Source: a virus (taxonomy: Duplodnaviria > Heunggongvirae > Uroviricota > Caudoviricetes). Taken from it: a stretch of DNA of 44,487 bases. The position numbers were made by a program, and so were the translations under genes. Positions 20,475-30,472 of the stretch are shown here, piece after piece. Numbering within the stretch: position 1 is the first letter of the stretch; every line of letters begins with the position of its first letter. The stretch is from IMG/VR virus record IMGVR_UViG_2718218131_000009, positions 1 to 44,487 of that record; one strand, written 5' to 3'. The notes beneath the pieces were generated by a model, which searched no databases, was not told the DNA's origin, and worked only from the letters and a program-made list of their open reading frames with translations.

Positions 20475-21966
20475 GCTGGCTTTCGGTGTCGCGCTGATAC
20501 TGTCGTTCAGTTCCGGCACTGTTGCCTCCTTTGTCGTTGACGGGGTCAGTATCAAAGACCAGCCCCAGTCTGCTGTTTTCATCAATTTCAGCCTTGCGGC
20601 GACGTTTGACCTCATCCGGATTGCGCCCACCGGCACGCACCCAGTCAGATTCTGTCGCTGCACCACCCCGGATCTGAATTCTCCAGGCTTCAGCTTCCTT
20701 AACCGGGTCGATCCACGGCATCACCGGACCGGAATACGTCGCGTTATATAGCGTTTTCATCTCCACATCCGCCGGAATTTTCAGCAGACCTGCCGCAACC
20801 ACCATATTCAGCCATGTCCGGTACACCGGGCGGGTTACCGCGCCAATAAAACAGTCCTGCAGGATCAGGTAACCATCCGTGGACTCGACCAGCTCCTGCC
20901 GCTGGGCGCTGTAGGTGCCGTTATAGTTACGCGCCGCACTGGAAAAACTCAGACGACTGCCTGCTGCCACTGCACGCAACTGGCCGTTGCGGAAAGTTTC
21001 AAGGTTGGGATTGGGACGGTCAGATTTGACCATGCCGATATCCTCGCCCTTGCGCAAATCGTCATAAATAATACCCGGGGTGATATGGACTTCCCGCTCG
21101 GTCTCTTTGATCCCCGGATCTTCATAGTCCTGTCCGTCACCTTTACGGATATACAGTCCCAGCGCCGCAGCAATACGCGCCGCTGTCAGTTCCGCATCCT
21201 CATACTCCTTAAGGGCACTGATCCGCATCAGCACCCCCGATAACATGGATGAGCCTCGCGTCTGATGCAGACGACGAGTGAACTTCAGGTGGATCATTTT
21301 TCCGGCAGCGATTTCTTTCGTATCACTCTGCCGGCCGCTGACCGGATAATTTTTATAAACCAGATATTTTTTCGGTCTTCCCCACTCATCAAGAAAAACC
21401 CCCTGATTCAGTCCGGCGGATTCATCAGTGCGCATGGGAACAAAATCCGGCTCCATCGCCTCAAGCCAGAATGGCACTCCCGCCGTCCGTTCCAGACCGT
21501 TTCCCGCACCACTGACCATCTGCGCAAACACTTCACCATCCCGCAGCCAGGTCCGCAGCAGTAAACGTTCAAGCACAGGACGGGTATACTGCCCTGTCAC
21601 ATCCGGACTCACGGACCATTCAGCCCACAAACGGCGGATATCCGCAGCCAGCTCAGCCGCCATTTCCCCGTTTTTTCGTAATGGCTGAGGCTCCACAATA
21701 ATTCCCCTGGCACCAATCACCCGCTCTTCCAGCTTGTCAAACACACCAATCACCAGGTCATGATTGATATCCAGAAAACGGGCCTGCTCCCGCAGGGAAA
21801 CCGCACCGTATTTACTGAGCTGATCAGCAGAGCGATTTTCCCGCCGGGCTTTATGTGTCCGGGTCGGTTTCACCGCCTCATAGGCCATGATTAACGCCCT
21901 TGAACGCAGTCTGGCTGCTTTCCACCCGGGGGAAAACACGCCGATCACATCATCAATAATTGCCAT
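20464..21966 (-). CDS. Portal protein
   Basis: 500 aa, positioned between the terminase and the protease-capsid gene. Confidence 0.9.
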   Translation of the reverse strand: MAIIDDVIGVFSPGWKAARLRSRALIMAYEAVKPTRTHKARRENRSADQLSKYGAVSLREQARFLDINHDLVIGVFDKLEERVIGARGIIVEPQPLRKNGEMAAELAADIRRLWAEWSVSPDVTGQYTRPVLERLLLRTWLRDGEVFAQMVSGAGNGLERTAGVPFWLEAMEPDFVPMRTDESAGLNQGVFLDEWGRPKKYLVYKNYPVSGRQSDTKEIAAGKMIHLKFTRRLHQTRGSSMLSGVLMRISALKEYEDAELTAARIAAALGLYIRKGDGQDYEDPGIKETEREVHITPGIIYDDLRKGEDIGMVKSDRPNPNLETFRNGQLRAVAAGSRLSFSSAARNYNGTYSAQRQELVESTDGYLILQDCFIGAVTRPVYRTWLNMVVAAGLLKIPADVEMKTLYNATYSGPVMPWIDPVKEAEAWRIQIRGGAATESDWVRAGGRNPDEVKRRRKAEIDENSRLGLVFDTDPVNDKGGNSAGTERQYQRDTESQHEE

Positions 21967-22202
21967 TAAAACCTCGCCAGTTTAAATCCCGGTTTTCCCC
22001 GCCTGCGGCTCACCATCGCGGCAAGCCTGCGTTCCCACTCCTGACGTCCGGCGCGGATCTGAGAAAGGCTTTCCAGCGTCAGTTGCTGCCCGTTGAAGGT
22101 GACAGACTTTCCCTCCAGTACGGCCATTTCCGCTTCACGGTACCGCTGTATCATTTCTCTGGCTTCTTCTGTGCTCACAACCAGCCTCCTGATGTTATCC
22201 AT
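21966..22202 (-). CDS. Head-tail connector protein (gpW-like)
   Basis: 78 aa, positioned between terminase large subunit and portal. Confidence 0.6.
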   Translation of the reverse strand: MDNIRRLVVSTEEAREMIQRYREAEMAVLEGKSVTFNGQQLTLESLSQIRAGRQEWERRLAAMVSRRRGKPGFKLARF

Positions 22203-24298
22203 GGATTATCTTCCGCACGCTCCGTCCACAGTTTTTTCTTCCGGCGACGGCGTTTTTCTGCCCCGGCCGTCAGTTCCGGGGATACCGTTTCACCAGAACG
22301 CTCCTGCGGGAAGACGAGCCACGTTTCCCGCTGTGCCCAGTCCGGTGCGGAGGGCCAGCGGATCTTTTCGTAACCATGCAGAACGGCAAGCGCATCCGCA
22401 TAAACCAGCAGGTCAAACGCTTCGTTAGCGCCCCTGCCCGGTTTTCGCCATTTTCCGTCACTGCCGCGCTCTTCATAGGTCAGCTCATCGTAAAACCACC
22501 GCCCCAGCCAGTCGGGAAAGTGGATATAGTTCGGCCCTGGTGTGTCACGCCACAGGGCATTATTTACACGATCCTTAAACGCATCCGTCTGAACCAGCCA
22601 CAGCGCGACATCGCCACTGGCTCTGGCACGGCGGGCACTTCTGCCGGTATTATCCGGGAAGGTTCGGTTAATCAGCCTGTCACGGCGAAGTCCATCCCCC
22701 TTGAACAGAAACACCCTGTTGCCCAGTCCGTCACTCCGGCAACGACGCCAGAAACGATAGGCGTTATCTGTCACCCCGGCTTCCCCTCCCGTATCCACCG
22801 CCATGGCCATCAGACGCATGCGCACATCCGGATCAGAAGCCAGCGGCCATGTTTTATGGAACACATCCGTCAGCAACAAATCCCAGTCCTCCGGATATGC
22901 CGCCGGATCAACCGGCAGACTTTCACCGTTGGGACTGCAGCGCAGTGAATGCCGGATGTTGTAGCGATCAACAATCCAGCGTTCCCCCTGCTCTCCGTAT
23001 CCGGTGATCTGCACAACAAAACGGCGATTTTTACCGCCCTGTACGTCAACCGTTGCCTCAATAAAACGCACACCATCCGGCACAGATCGCCGGGGAAACG
23101 GCTCGGCACGCTGTTCAAGCAGTTCACTTTTACGCTGTTCCGTGGCTGAACGGGGAAGATAGGGTCGTCCGATATCGGTGTTCACCACCGCTTTCAGGGT
23201 CTCTTCACTGCCGGTTCGCTCATACTCTTCTTCTGCCGCCAGCAGTTTAAAAATCAGTTGTTCCCAGGTCTGAAACGCCGCAGCTGGCCCCTCCATCCAA
23301 AATGACGCAATCCGGGAGTTTCGTGGCGTTCCGGTGATACTGCCGTCCGCCGCCGCCCGTTCACCTTCACGAAGCCAGATCCCCTGGTTATTCAGTTCGC
23401 GTTTCTGCTCAGGGGCAATCAGCCCGCGACAATGCGGACACATCAGACGGGCAGCCTGACCGGCAGCCACAAAATCCGGGTTATTCCGGTATCCGGTCAT
23501 GTTATCCATCACCGGCTGAAAATATTCCCCGCAGTGCGGACACGGCCAGTACCACCGGCGGCGGTCTCCCCGGTTATACAGTGACAGGATCCCCGTTGTT
23601 GGCGGTGCCTCATGTGCGCCACCACAACGCCATTTGGTATCGGTGATATCCCGCCCCGGTGAACTCTCGACCAGGGTCATCCCCGAGGACATAAAGGTGG
23701 TGGTACGCTTTGAGGCCAGCGTGAAGGCATCCCCTTCCCCGTCCACATTTTCAGGGAAACGGTCATAATCCGTCAGCGCCACACGACGGTAATCCGAAGA
23801 GGAAAAGACGGTGATCGACGGCCAGCCAATCTTCAGGAAGGAGCCGTCAAGAAACATTTTATCGTGGACGTTGTTGTCATTACGGGAAGGACTGAGGCGC
23901 TTGCTGACCTCCGGACTGTGGCGAAACGTCCTGGAAAGACGCGTTCTGGAATGCTCACGCGCCTTCGTCTCAGTCATCTGCACCACCAGCATATCCGCCG
24001 GATCACAGATGATGCCGTACACAATCCAGCCATCAATCAGCCCTTCGGTTTTCCCGGTTCGCGCAGGTCCCACAAACACCACCGCGTCATATTCACGGGC
24101 TGATAATGTATTAATGGGGTCAATCATATAGGGCGTCAGCGATGACTCCCACGGACCGGAAGTATTGGCTCCCCGTGGAACCCGCATATAACGCCTGATG
24201 GCTTCCGCTACTGGTAACCGGCTGGGTGGGCGAAACAGCGAGGCCACTTCGCGCCAGATATCGGATGCGCGGCTATGGCTCTCGTTCACCTGATTCAC
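22175..24298 (-). CDS. Terminase large subunit
   Basis: 707 aa, gpA-like, with ATPase and nuclease regions, adjacent to the small subunit. Confidence 0.9.
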   Translation of the reverse strand: MNQVNESHSRASDIWREVASLFRPPSRLPVAEAIRRYMRVPRGANTSGPWESSLTPYMIDPINTLSAREYDAVVFVGPARTGKTEGLIDGWIVYGIICDPADMLVVQMTETKAREHSRTRLSRTFRHSPEVSKRLSPSRNDNNVHDKMFLDGSFLKIGWPSITVFSSSDYRRVALTDYDRFPENVDGEGDAFTLASKRTTTFMSSGMTLVESSPGRDITDTKWRCGGAHEAPPTTGILSLYNRGDRRRWYWPCPHCGEYFQPVMDNMTGYRNNPDFVAAGQAARLMCPHCRGLIAPEQKRELNNQGIWLREGERAAADGSITGTPRNSRIASFWMEGPAAAFQTWEQLIFKLLAAEEEYERTGSEETLKAVVNTDIGRPYLPRSATEQRKSELLEQRAEPFPRRSVPDGVRFIEATVDVQGGKNRRFVVQITGYGEQGERWIVDRYNIRHSLRCSPNGESLPVDPAAYPEDWDLLLTDVFHKTWPLASDPDVRMRLMAMAVDTGGEAGVTDNAYRFWRRCRSDGLGNRVFLFKGDGLRRDRLINRTFPDNTGRSARRARASGDVALWLVQTDAFKDRVNNALWRDTPGPNYIHFPDWLGRWFYDELTYEERGSDGKWRKPGRGANEAFDLLVYADALAVLHGYEKIRWPSAPDWAQRETWLVFPQERSGETVSPELTAGAEKRRRRKKKLWTERAEDNPWITSGGWL

Positions 24299-24771
24299 AT
24301 ATCGGCCTCATCACAACAGTCAATGACTGCCTTTTCCAGTGTATCGCGGATCTCATCAACCACAATCTGTACTTCATTCAGTTGTGATGCGGTCCACCCC
24401 CTGTCCCTTTCCAGCCGGTCAGGCCAGGTTTCCAGTACCTGAACTATCGCTTTCACCACGACAGAAAAGGACCGCCTGACATCACTGACTGGCACAAGCT
24501 GACCAGTTTCCTGCTCAAATTTCAGTCGGTCACGTTCTGACTGGTACCATGCTTTACGCGCATGAGGATCCATTTCCTTGTTATCTACAGGCAGAGGAGC
24601 TTTCATCAGCTCGGCAAGGATATCTGTCAGTCGGTACAGTTTGAGATTGCTCTCATGACCACCGGCTGGGCTTATGTTTTTTACCCGAGCCGCAACAGTC
24701 TGTCGATGAGCACCGGATAATGCGGCCAGTTGGGAAATATTCAGATGCAGATTTTTTAATTCACGATCCAT
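24295..24771 (-). CDS. Terminase small subunit (Nu1-like)
   Basis: 158 aa with an N-terminal HTH (LNISQLAALSGAHRQTVAARV), immediately upstream of the large subunit. Confidence 0.8.
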   Translation of the reverse strand: MDRELKNLHLNISQLAALSGAHRQTVAARVKNISPAGGHESNLKLYRLTDILAELMKAPLPVDNKEMDPHARKAWYQSERDRLKFEQETGQLVPVSDVRRSFSVVVKAIVQVLETWPDRLERDRGWTASQLNEVQIVVDEIRDTLEKAVIDCCDEADM

Positions 24772-24879
24772 AACTCCCCCTGAAAATTATGTAAACACAC
24801 ACCAGTGATGAACAAAAAACAACCAGATTCGACACTAAAAATTTTTATTTTTCTATATATCAATAACTTACACTGGTGG

Positions 24880-24960
24880 TGATGGTGCCATAAAAATCAA
24901 AAAATGCGCCTTTTTCCGCGCCGCCCGCCCCGTGTTCAGGCCCACCCCACCAGGAGGACC
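24880..24960. other. Candidate cos site (cosN/cosB region)
   Basis: Minus-strand sequence ACGGGGCGGGCGGCGCGG resembles the lambda cosN region ACGGGGCGGCGACCTCGCGG, and an AT-rich IHF-like stretch lies just upstream of the Nu1-like gene. Confidence 0.4.
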
Positions 24961-25185
24961 CGCGAAAAATGATAATGGTTATCATTTGCAACAAAATCCA
25001 GTTTCTTCCGCCATCGCACCGGACTGGCGACTATGAGGGGACAACACCGCGCTCCGTTAACGCGGTAAACCCCGGTGTGTATCGTTTTTGATTATCCCCG
25101 CACACTCTCGCAGAGGAGTCTCCCTGTCGGGCTGCGGTCTCTGTTAATGCAGGAATACGGTGACGATACGGCGCATCAGCAAAAC

Positions 25186-25668
25186 TTAGTTCAGGCACTG
25201 AGTGCGGATATAGTCCTGTGCCCCTTCCAGCTGCTTCTGCATTGTCATCAACCGTTCTCTGAGGATGAAATAATCCCGTTCAGCGGTGTCTGCCAGTCGG
25301 GGGCTGGTTGCATTATCCACGCTGGTGGGTCCGGTGGCTTCACGCACGGCTGCGGAGCAACTGGCATTGACCCGCAGGCGCTTACGACCAGCGGCAACAT
25401 CAGCGCGCAGAGTTTCATTTTCAGCTTTCGCATTGGCTAATTCTCTCGAGTACTTTGCATCGAGCGCAGCAACATCACGCTGACGCTGTTGCATGTCAGC
25501 GATGGTGGCAGTCGCCTGCTTCAGCTCACTGACTTTTTTATCACGCTGTTCTTTGTAGGCGATGGCGTTATCACGGTAATGATTGACCGCCCACGACAGG
25601 CAGACGATGGTGCAGATAACCAGAGTATAAATAATCGCTGCGACTCTGCTCACTGATCTATCCCCCAA
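25186..25668 (-). CDS. i-spanin Rz
   Basis: N-terminal transmembrane segment and coiled-coil periplasmic domain. The Rz1 ORF is embedded in the +1 frame. Confidence 0.85.
   Translation of the reverse strand: MGDRSVSRVAAIIYTLVICTIVCLSWAVNHYRDNAIAYKEQRDKKVSELKQATATIADMQQRQRDVAALDAKYSRELANAKAENETLRADVAAGRKRLRVNASCSAAVREATGPTSVDNATSPRLADTAERDYFILRERLMTMQKQLEGAQDYIRTQCLN
25248..25433 (-). CDS. o-spanin Rz1 (lipoprotein)
   Basis: Embedded in Rz. Lipobox VVSAC and Pro-rich mature region. Confidence 0.8.
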   Translation of the reverse strand: MRKLKMKLCALMLPLVVSACGSMPVAPQPCVKPPDPPAWIMQPAPDWQTPLNGIISSSENG

Positions 25669-26183
25669 CAGGCTAATGCACTTTCCTGGTCACGACGAAT
25701 AACCTGTCCATAGCAGTTATTTGAACGTATGCGGCAATCGCGCCCACCATCTTTTATCCACCAGCGAATCGCCTCGCATGCACCTTTACGATCACCAGCA
25801 TTCAGCCGCTTATAAAACGTCGACGGGAAACACTTACCGGGGCCAATGTTATAGGGACAAAATGACGCTATACCCGCTTTCTGTGGTTCGGTCAGTGGTA
25901 CTTTAATATTGCGCTCCACCCATGCCAGCGCCTTATCACGTTCAATAGCGTTAACCTGGTCGCATTTTTCCTTCGACAGCTTCATTCCCGGTATGACGGG
26001 CTTTCCATCCACCATTGTGGCACCACGACAGATGGTCCAGATGCCGGAACCATCGCGGTATGCCGTGGTATGGTTACCTTCCTTTTCATTCAGAAACTGG
26101 TCGAGAATATCAGGCGCGGGCGCACCGACGGCAATCAGTGCCAGAACGGCAGCCGACAGGCCGTATCTGATTTTTGCGTTCAT
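25650..26183 (-). CDS. SAR endolysin (T4-lysozyme family)
   Basis: Catalytic E-x8-D-x5-T triad ([16 protein letters not shown]) preceded by a weakly hydrophobic Gly/Ala-rich signal-anchor-release segment. Confidence 0.9.
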   Translation of the reverse strand: MNAKIRYGLSAAVLALIAVGAPAPDILDQFLNEKEGNHTTAYRDGSGIWTICRGATMVDGKPVIPGMKLSKEKCDQVNAIERDKALAWVERNIKVPLTEPQKAGIASFCPYNIGPGKCFPSTFYKRLNAGDRKGACEAIRWWIKDGGRDCRIRSNNCYGQVIRRDQESALACWGIDQ

Positions 26184-26246
26184 GGATATTTATCAGGATT
26201 TATCGGTTTCTGCCCACGGACAGGTTTATCTGTTCCGGTCAGTGAC

Positions 26247-26597
26247 TTAAGGTTGTGATTCCGGAGGAGTCTTCAGAGAACCAGTAATTCTTCCCGGTAG
26301 CTTTCCTTTGTAGGTTATCCATACATTCTGCGCCTCTAAAATTATGGGGCGCTTTTCCGGTGACTGCTCATCCCCTTCACATAACCCGGCAGCAACATCC
26401 AGGAAGACCTGTCTGATGCTCCTTCTGGCTGCTGCCTCATAAAACTCCAGCGCGGCACCTTCAACACGGTCCAGCGAGATGTCCAGGTCAAAAATTTCAC
26501 CGTCAAAGCGTTTTTTGTCCCGTAACGCTAAAGTTACCGTAACTTTATTCTCAAAATTGCGGATCCCTTTCACAATCACTTTATAGTTTTGAGTCAT
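26247..26597 (-). CDS. YdfR-like (DUF1327) protein within the lysis cassette
   Basis: 116 aa soluble protein between holin and endolysin, the position ydfR occupies in the K-12 Qin prophage. Confidence 0.5.
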   Translation of the reverse strand: MTQNYKVIVKGIRNFENKVTVTLALRDKKRFDGEIFDLDISLDRVEGAALEFYEAAARRSIRQVFLDVAAGLCEGDEQSPEKRPIILEAQNVWITYKGKLPGRITGSLKTPPESQP

Positions 26598-26601
26598 TGA
26601 A

Positions 26602-26817
26602 TTACTCTCCCCGTGCAGCCTTACGCTTGTCTTCTTTAATCTTGAAATAAAGATTTGTCAGATACGTCAGCAGGCCAAACACCAGACTACCCAGCACACC
26701 TATTGCCGCCCACTGTGAGGGCGTGACTTTATCGAGCAACTGTAAAAACCAGTACCCGGCACTACCTGCTGAGGTGCCATAGGCGACACCCGTTGTTAAC
26801 TTATCCATGGATTTCAT
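26602..26817 (-). CDS. Class II pinholin (S21-like)
   Basis: 71 aa. [26 protein letters not shown]... is close to phage 21 S, including the dual-start Met1/Met4 motif. Confidence 0.85.
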
Positions 26818-26884
26818 AACCCCACCTCGCAGATGCGGGTGCTGTGTAATGGAAATAAAAAGGCCACCTGACGTGGCCACCAGA

Positions 26885-27937
26885 TTATTTCCCCACCAGC
26901 TCGTTTATCTCTTTCACTGTCTGGTTAAACCGCTCTGACTCAAGCTCAACACCTAATGCCCGACGCCCCAGCGCCATTGCTGCTTTTATTGTGGAACCGG
27001 ATCCCATAAAAAAATCAGCAACCAGATCACCTGGTCGACTACTGGCATTGATTATTTGCCTGAGCATATCCGCCGGTTTCTCACACGGATGTTTCCCCGG
27101 GTAGAACTGAACGGGTTTATGCATCCAGACATCGGTATAAGGCACGGAGACTGATACGGAGAAATAGCGCCGGAGAGATTTAAACTCATCCAGCAATTCA
27201 GAATATTTACGATTCAGTGAATCATAAGATGCCACCAGCTGGTGGTGTGGTTGTTCCAGTTGTTGTTCCTGAAACTTCTCTGCCGCTATACGGGAAAACA
27301 GTGCCTGTAACTTCCGATAGTCAGCCTCATTCGGCAACTGCCACTGACTGGCACCAAACCAGTGGGAAACCATATTTTTCTTACCTGTGGCTTCGGCAAT
27401 TTGTTTTGCCGTTATACCCAGTTCGGCACGAGCATCCCTGAAATACGATATCAGCGGTGCCATTATGTGCTGTTTGAGTTCCCTTTCTTTTGCTGCATAG
27501 CCGTCACTTTTGCCGCGATATGGCCCCTGGTAATGTTCAGCAAACAGAACGCGCTCTGTGGCAGGAAAATATGCACGCAGACTTTCTTTATTACACCCAT
27601 TCCAACGTCCGGACGGCTTCGCCCAGATGATATGGTTAAGCACGTTGAAACGTTCACGCATCATGATCTCAATATCAGATGCCAGGCGATGCCCACAGAA
27701 CAGGTAAAGGCTTCCGGCAGGTTTTAACACCCGCCAGAACTGGGCCAGACAGTGGTCCAGCCACTTAAGGTAATCTTCGTCCCCTTTCCACTGATTGTCC
27801 CAGCCGTTGGGTTTCACCTTGAAGTACGGCGGATCGGTAACAATCAGGTCAATGGAATCATCAGGCAGGGACTGAATAAAATGCAGGCAATCAGCGTTGA
27901 TTAAATCAACACTGTTTATTTTTACAGTATTTTTCAT
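26885..27937 (-). CDS. DNA methyltransferase (beta-class N6-adenine/N4-cytosine), orphan
   Basis: Motif IV DPPY near the N-terminus and motif I FMGSGST near the C-terminus. No adjacent restriction endonuclease gene. Confidence 0.85.
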
Positions 27938-28087
27938 GGATCAGTAAGCGTAACTCTGGTAGGCTCACTCTGCTTTTGCGCTAAAGCAGTGGGCCGTGGT
28001 TCGCTTGTGACCAGTAAGCATGAGCGAATGGCTGGCAGGTGCTACCAACACCCACCAGCCGCCCATTTTCACAGCAGGAAACCGCCA

Positions 28088-28315
28088 TTACTGGCAGCGT
28101 CTGAATTTATTCCCGTACCCGCCGTTATCCTTCGCCAGACCCGCCAGAACTAACTGAGTCAGTATTAACTGGCACCGGGCTTCGCTTACTCCGGTAGTTC
28201 TCGTCATCATGCGTGGCGTTACCCACTTGTCAGCAGGTAAGAAATGAAGGACTGCGGCGGCGGTTTCTGTCATATCTTGCTGTTTTAGCATGTCTTTTTC
28301 CCTTCTGGTTAACAT
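28088..28315 (-). CDS. Hypothetical small protein
   Basis: 75-aa ORF between the methyltransferase and the Q-proximal region. No recognised motif. Confidence 0.4.
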   Translation of the reverse strand: MLTRREKDMLKQQDMTETAAAVLHFLPADKWVTPRMMTRTTGVSEARCQLILTQLVLAGLAKDNGGYGNKFRRCQ

Positions 28316-28561
28316 GACATACCAATAACTCTTGTCTAAAAAGCCAGCAAGATAAAAGGTCAGTATTCACGACCACCAGCGTGTTTACTGTACTGCACCA
28401 AGTTTACAGGTACAAAAAAACCGCTCAGCGGCGGGTTTAAGTTGTGTGGCGAAGTAACCACTCTTAACAGCATATTTGATTTTTTACGATTGTAAACGGT
28501 TGATTATTCATCTCCAATAAAAATAATTGTGTAGGTATGCCCTTAACAATGGATAAGAAAC

Positions 28562-29008
28562 ATGAATAAAATGACTGTACTATTACTTAGCGCAACTATC
28601 ATTTCAGGTTGTACTTCTTCCGTACCATTGATAAAAAAAACTCAATCAGGAAAACCTGAGGGGGTTTATCAAAATACGACAAAAGATAAAGTCAAAGATG
28701 CCCTTGTGAATTACTGCAATAGTAGAGGGTTGATAATTTACAACGCTGATAACAGCAGTGTTATATGTGGTAAAGAACTGGAAGGCGGGTCTGCTGTTTT
28801 TGGACAAATGTTAATCGGCAATGCCTATTCAACAACCCCGGTATCAAAAGTCAGATTTACTATCGCTCAAGTTAATAACGATACAAAAGTGTGGGCCGAT
28901 ATGTGGATGGAAACTCAAATGGCAATGGGGCAAGTACAACAAATGGCTATAACAGACAACGCAAGCAAAAACACTATCCAACAACGTCTTGATGAATTAA
29001 AACCTTAA
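28562..29008 (+). CDS. Lipoprotein (moron)
   Basis: Signal peptide with lipobox ISGC. AT-rich, on the strand opposite to the late operon, followed by a hairpin terminator. Confidence 0.7.
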   Translation: MNKMTVLLLSATIISGCTSSVPLIKKTQSGKPEGVYQNTTKDKVKDALVNYCNSRGLIIYNADNSSVICGKELEGGSAVFGQMLIGNAYSTTPVSKVRFTIAQVNNDTKVWADMWMETQMAMGQVQQMAITDNASKNTIQQRLDELKP

Positions 29009-29028
29009 GTAAATTAATTAAATAAAAT

Positions 29029-29050
29029 GGGGAGAATAAATCGACTCCCC
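29029..29050. terminator. Hairpin terminator between the lipoprotein gene and Q
   Basis: GGGGAG-n10-CTCCCC stem with a U-rich tract on the minus strand and a weaker one on the plus strand. Confidence 0.45.
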
Positions 29051-29092
29051 ACACATTAAACTGATTCAATTACCCCCTCAATAAGAGGTCTT

Positions 29093-29473
29093 CTAACGAT
29101 CCATCTCTAGCTCAATTTCTAACATCATTAACATGCCATCAACTACACCTTCAGCCTTTTGCAATAAACGCCCAACCCAGCAATCAGAACGCCCATGTTT
29201 ACGGGCAAGCGCCATAAACGTCATACCACCTACATAATAATCCACTAATAAATCGTGCAAATCGCTGTTGTTCTTTTTCAGGCGAGCCATGCACCCACAA
29301 ATGATCATCGCATCATCGTCACAACATTGCGGGCGGGATTTTACTTTTGAAGGGATTAGTCCTTTAAATCCTGCAGCAATAGACGACCAGGTGACATCCT
29401 CGTGATTATTTGCCACCCATGCCCCCCAACGTTCAAGAACCATTTGAATATCACGCATCAACGTTCTCCACAA
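29093..29473 (-). CDS. Late-gene antiterminator Q (phage 82/21 type)
   Basis: [14 protein letters not shown]...[18 protein letters not shown] matches the QuuD-type Q family. Located upstream of the lysis genes. Confidence 0.8.
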   Translation of the reverse strand: MWRTLMRDIQMVLERWGAWVANNHEDVTWSSIAAGFKGLIPSKVKSRPQCCDDDAMIICGCMARLKKNNSDLHDLLVDYYVGGMTFMALARKHGRSDCWVGRLLQKAEGVVDGMLMMLEIELEMDR

Positions 29474-29475
29474 AA

Positions 29476-30471
29476 TCAGGCCAGTACGCCAATTGCCAGC
29501 GCACGATCGATAAAACGAAATATCAGCTCCAGCTGGGAGCCATACTTCTCTTCAAATGCCACGGTATCCGCATGCAGCTCGTCGTGATGCTTTCTGCACA
29601 AAGGCAACACAAAGAGGTCATGCGCTTTTGTACCCATTCCACCCTGACCGTGGCCTATCAGGTGGTGGGGATCATCAGCAGGCTTTCCACAACATGCACA
29701 CGGCTGTGTCTTAACCCAGCGCGTGTACTTTTCATTAACCCAGCGGCGGCGTTTTGGGCGTAACATAAAAGACTCCGGCGACTCCGGATCCACTTTCAGC
29801 GCCAGCACCTTTTTTGCCTTATCCTGGATGATGCTGGTGGCAGGAACCGAAGGCACAAGGTCACTTTCCCGGGTGACAGACGGCACAACAGGCTTTGGTA
29901 ATCTCAGTGCCTTACGGGCTGCACTTTCCGGTAAGGCATCCGCTAGGTCATTACGAATCAGCCACCAGCACAGTTCCGGCATTGTCACAACGTGACTATC
30001 ATCAAAACCGAGATCCCGACGCACAACAGACAACACCCAGCGGGCACAGTTATCCGTTGCCATTGATTCCAGCCGTTCCGTGAACTGATCGCGCAGCTGG
30101 TTATCGCAGTGCCAGCACAGACGGATTGCGCCCGGAGCGTGTCGCATTGTGGTCATGTTCTCGCTGTGCCAGTCGGAATGAGGCCACTGGCAGCCTTTTT
30201 CACGACGTAACCAGCTTTCAAGACATTCCACGCCACCAGCACGACGGATCACTGCCTCATTGCGGAACACGGCCCGAACGGCAGGATCATCCGCCAGCGG
30301 TTGTGATGCCGCCGGAACGGCACCACTGGCGAAAGATGAATAACGTTCCGGCTCAGGCTCCAGCAGAACACGCCCCTGCATAAACAGGGGCATCAGCTCT
30401 GAACCTGGCCTGAACAATACGATCCCCATACGCGGGGCAATTTCAGGGGTCAGTAGTGCTCTCACGGTCAC
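29476..30471 (-). CDS. DUF968/HNH-like protein
   Basis: C-terminal CACCGKP...[10 protein letters not shown]...CRKHHDELH Cys/His motif. Confidence 0.7.
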   Translation of the reverse strand: MTVRALLTPEIAPRMGIVLFRPGSELMPLFMQGRVLLEPEPERYSSFASGAVPAASQPLADDPAVRAVFRNEAVIRRAGGVECLESWLRREKGCQWPHSDWHSENMTTMRHAPGAIRLCWHCDNQLRDQFTERLESMATDNCARWVLSVVRRDLGFDDSHVVTMPELCWWLIRNDLADALPESAARKALRLPKPVVPSVTRESDLVPSVPATSIIQDKAKKVLALKVDPESPESFMLRPKRRRWVNEKYTRWVKTQPCACCGKPADDPHHLIGHGQGGMGTKAHDLFVLPLCRKHHDELHADTVAFEEKYGSQLELIFRFIDRALAIGVLA

Positions 30472-30472
30472 C

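Noticed and set aside
22270-22476. 68-aa minus-strand ORF and other short ORFs inside the terminase and portal genes
   Set aside because: They lie in alternative frames of confidently assigned structural genes.
27938-28087. Possible tRNA genes between the methyltransferase and the downstream ORF (the stx-phage tRNA position)
   Set aside because: No cloverleaf-compatible sequence with a T-loop GTTCRA motif was recognised by eye. A tRNAscan run would settle it.
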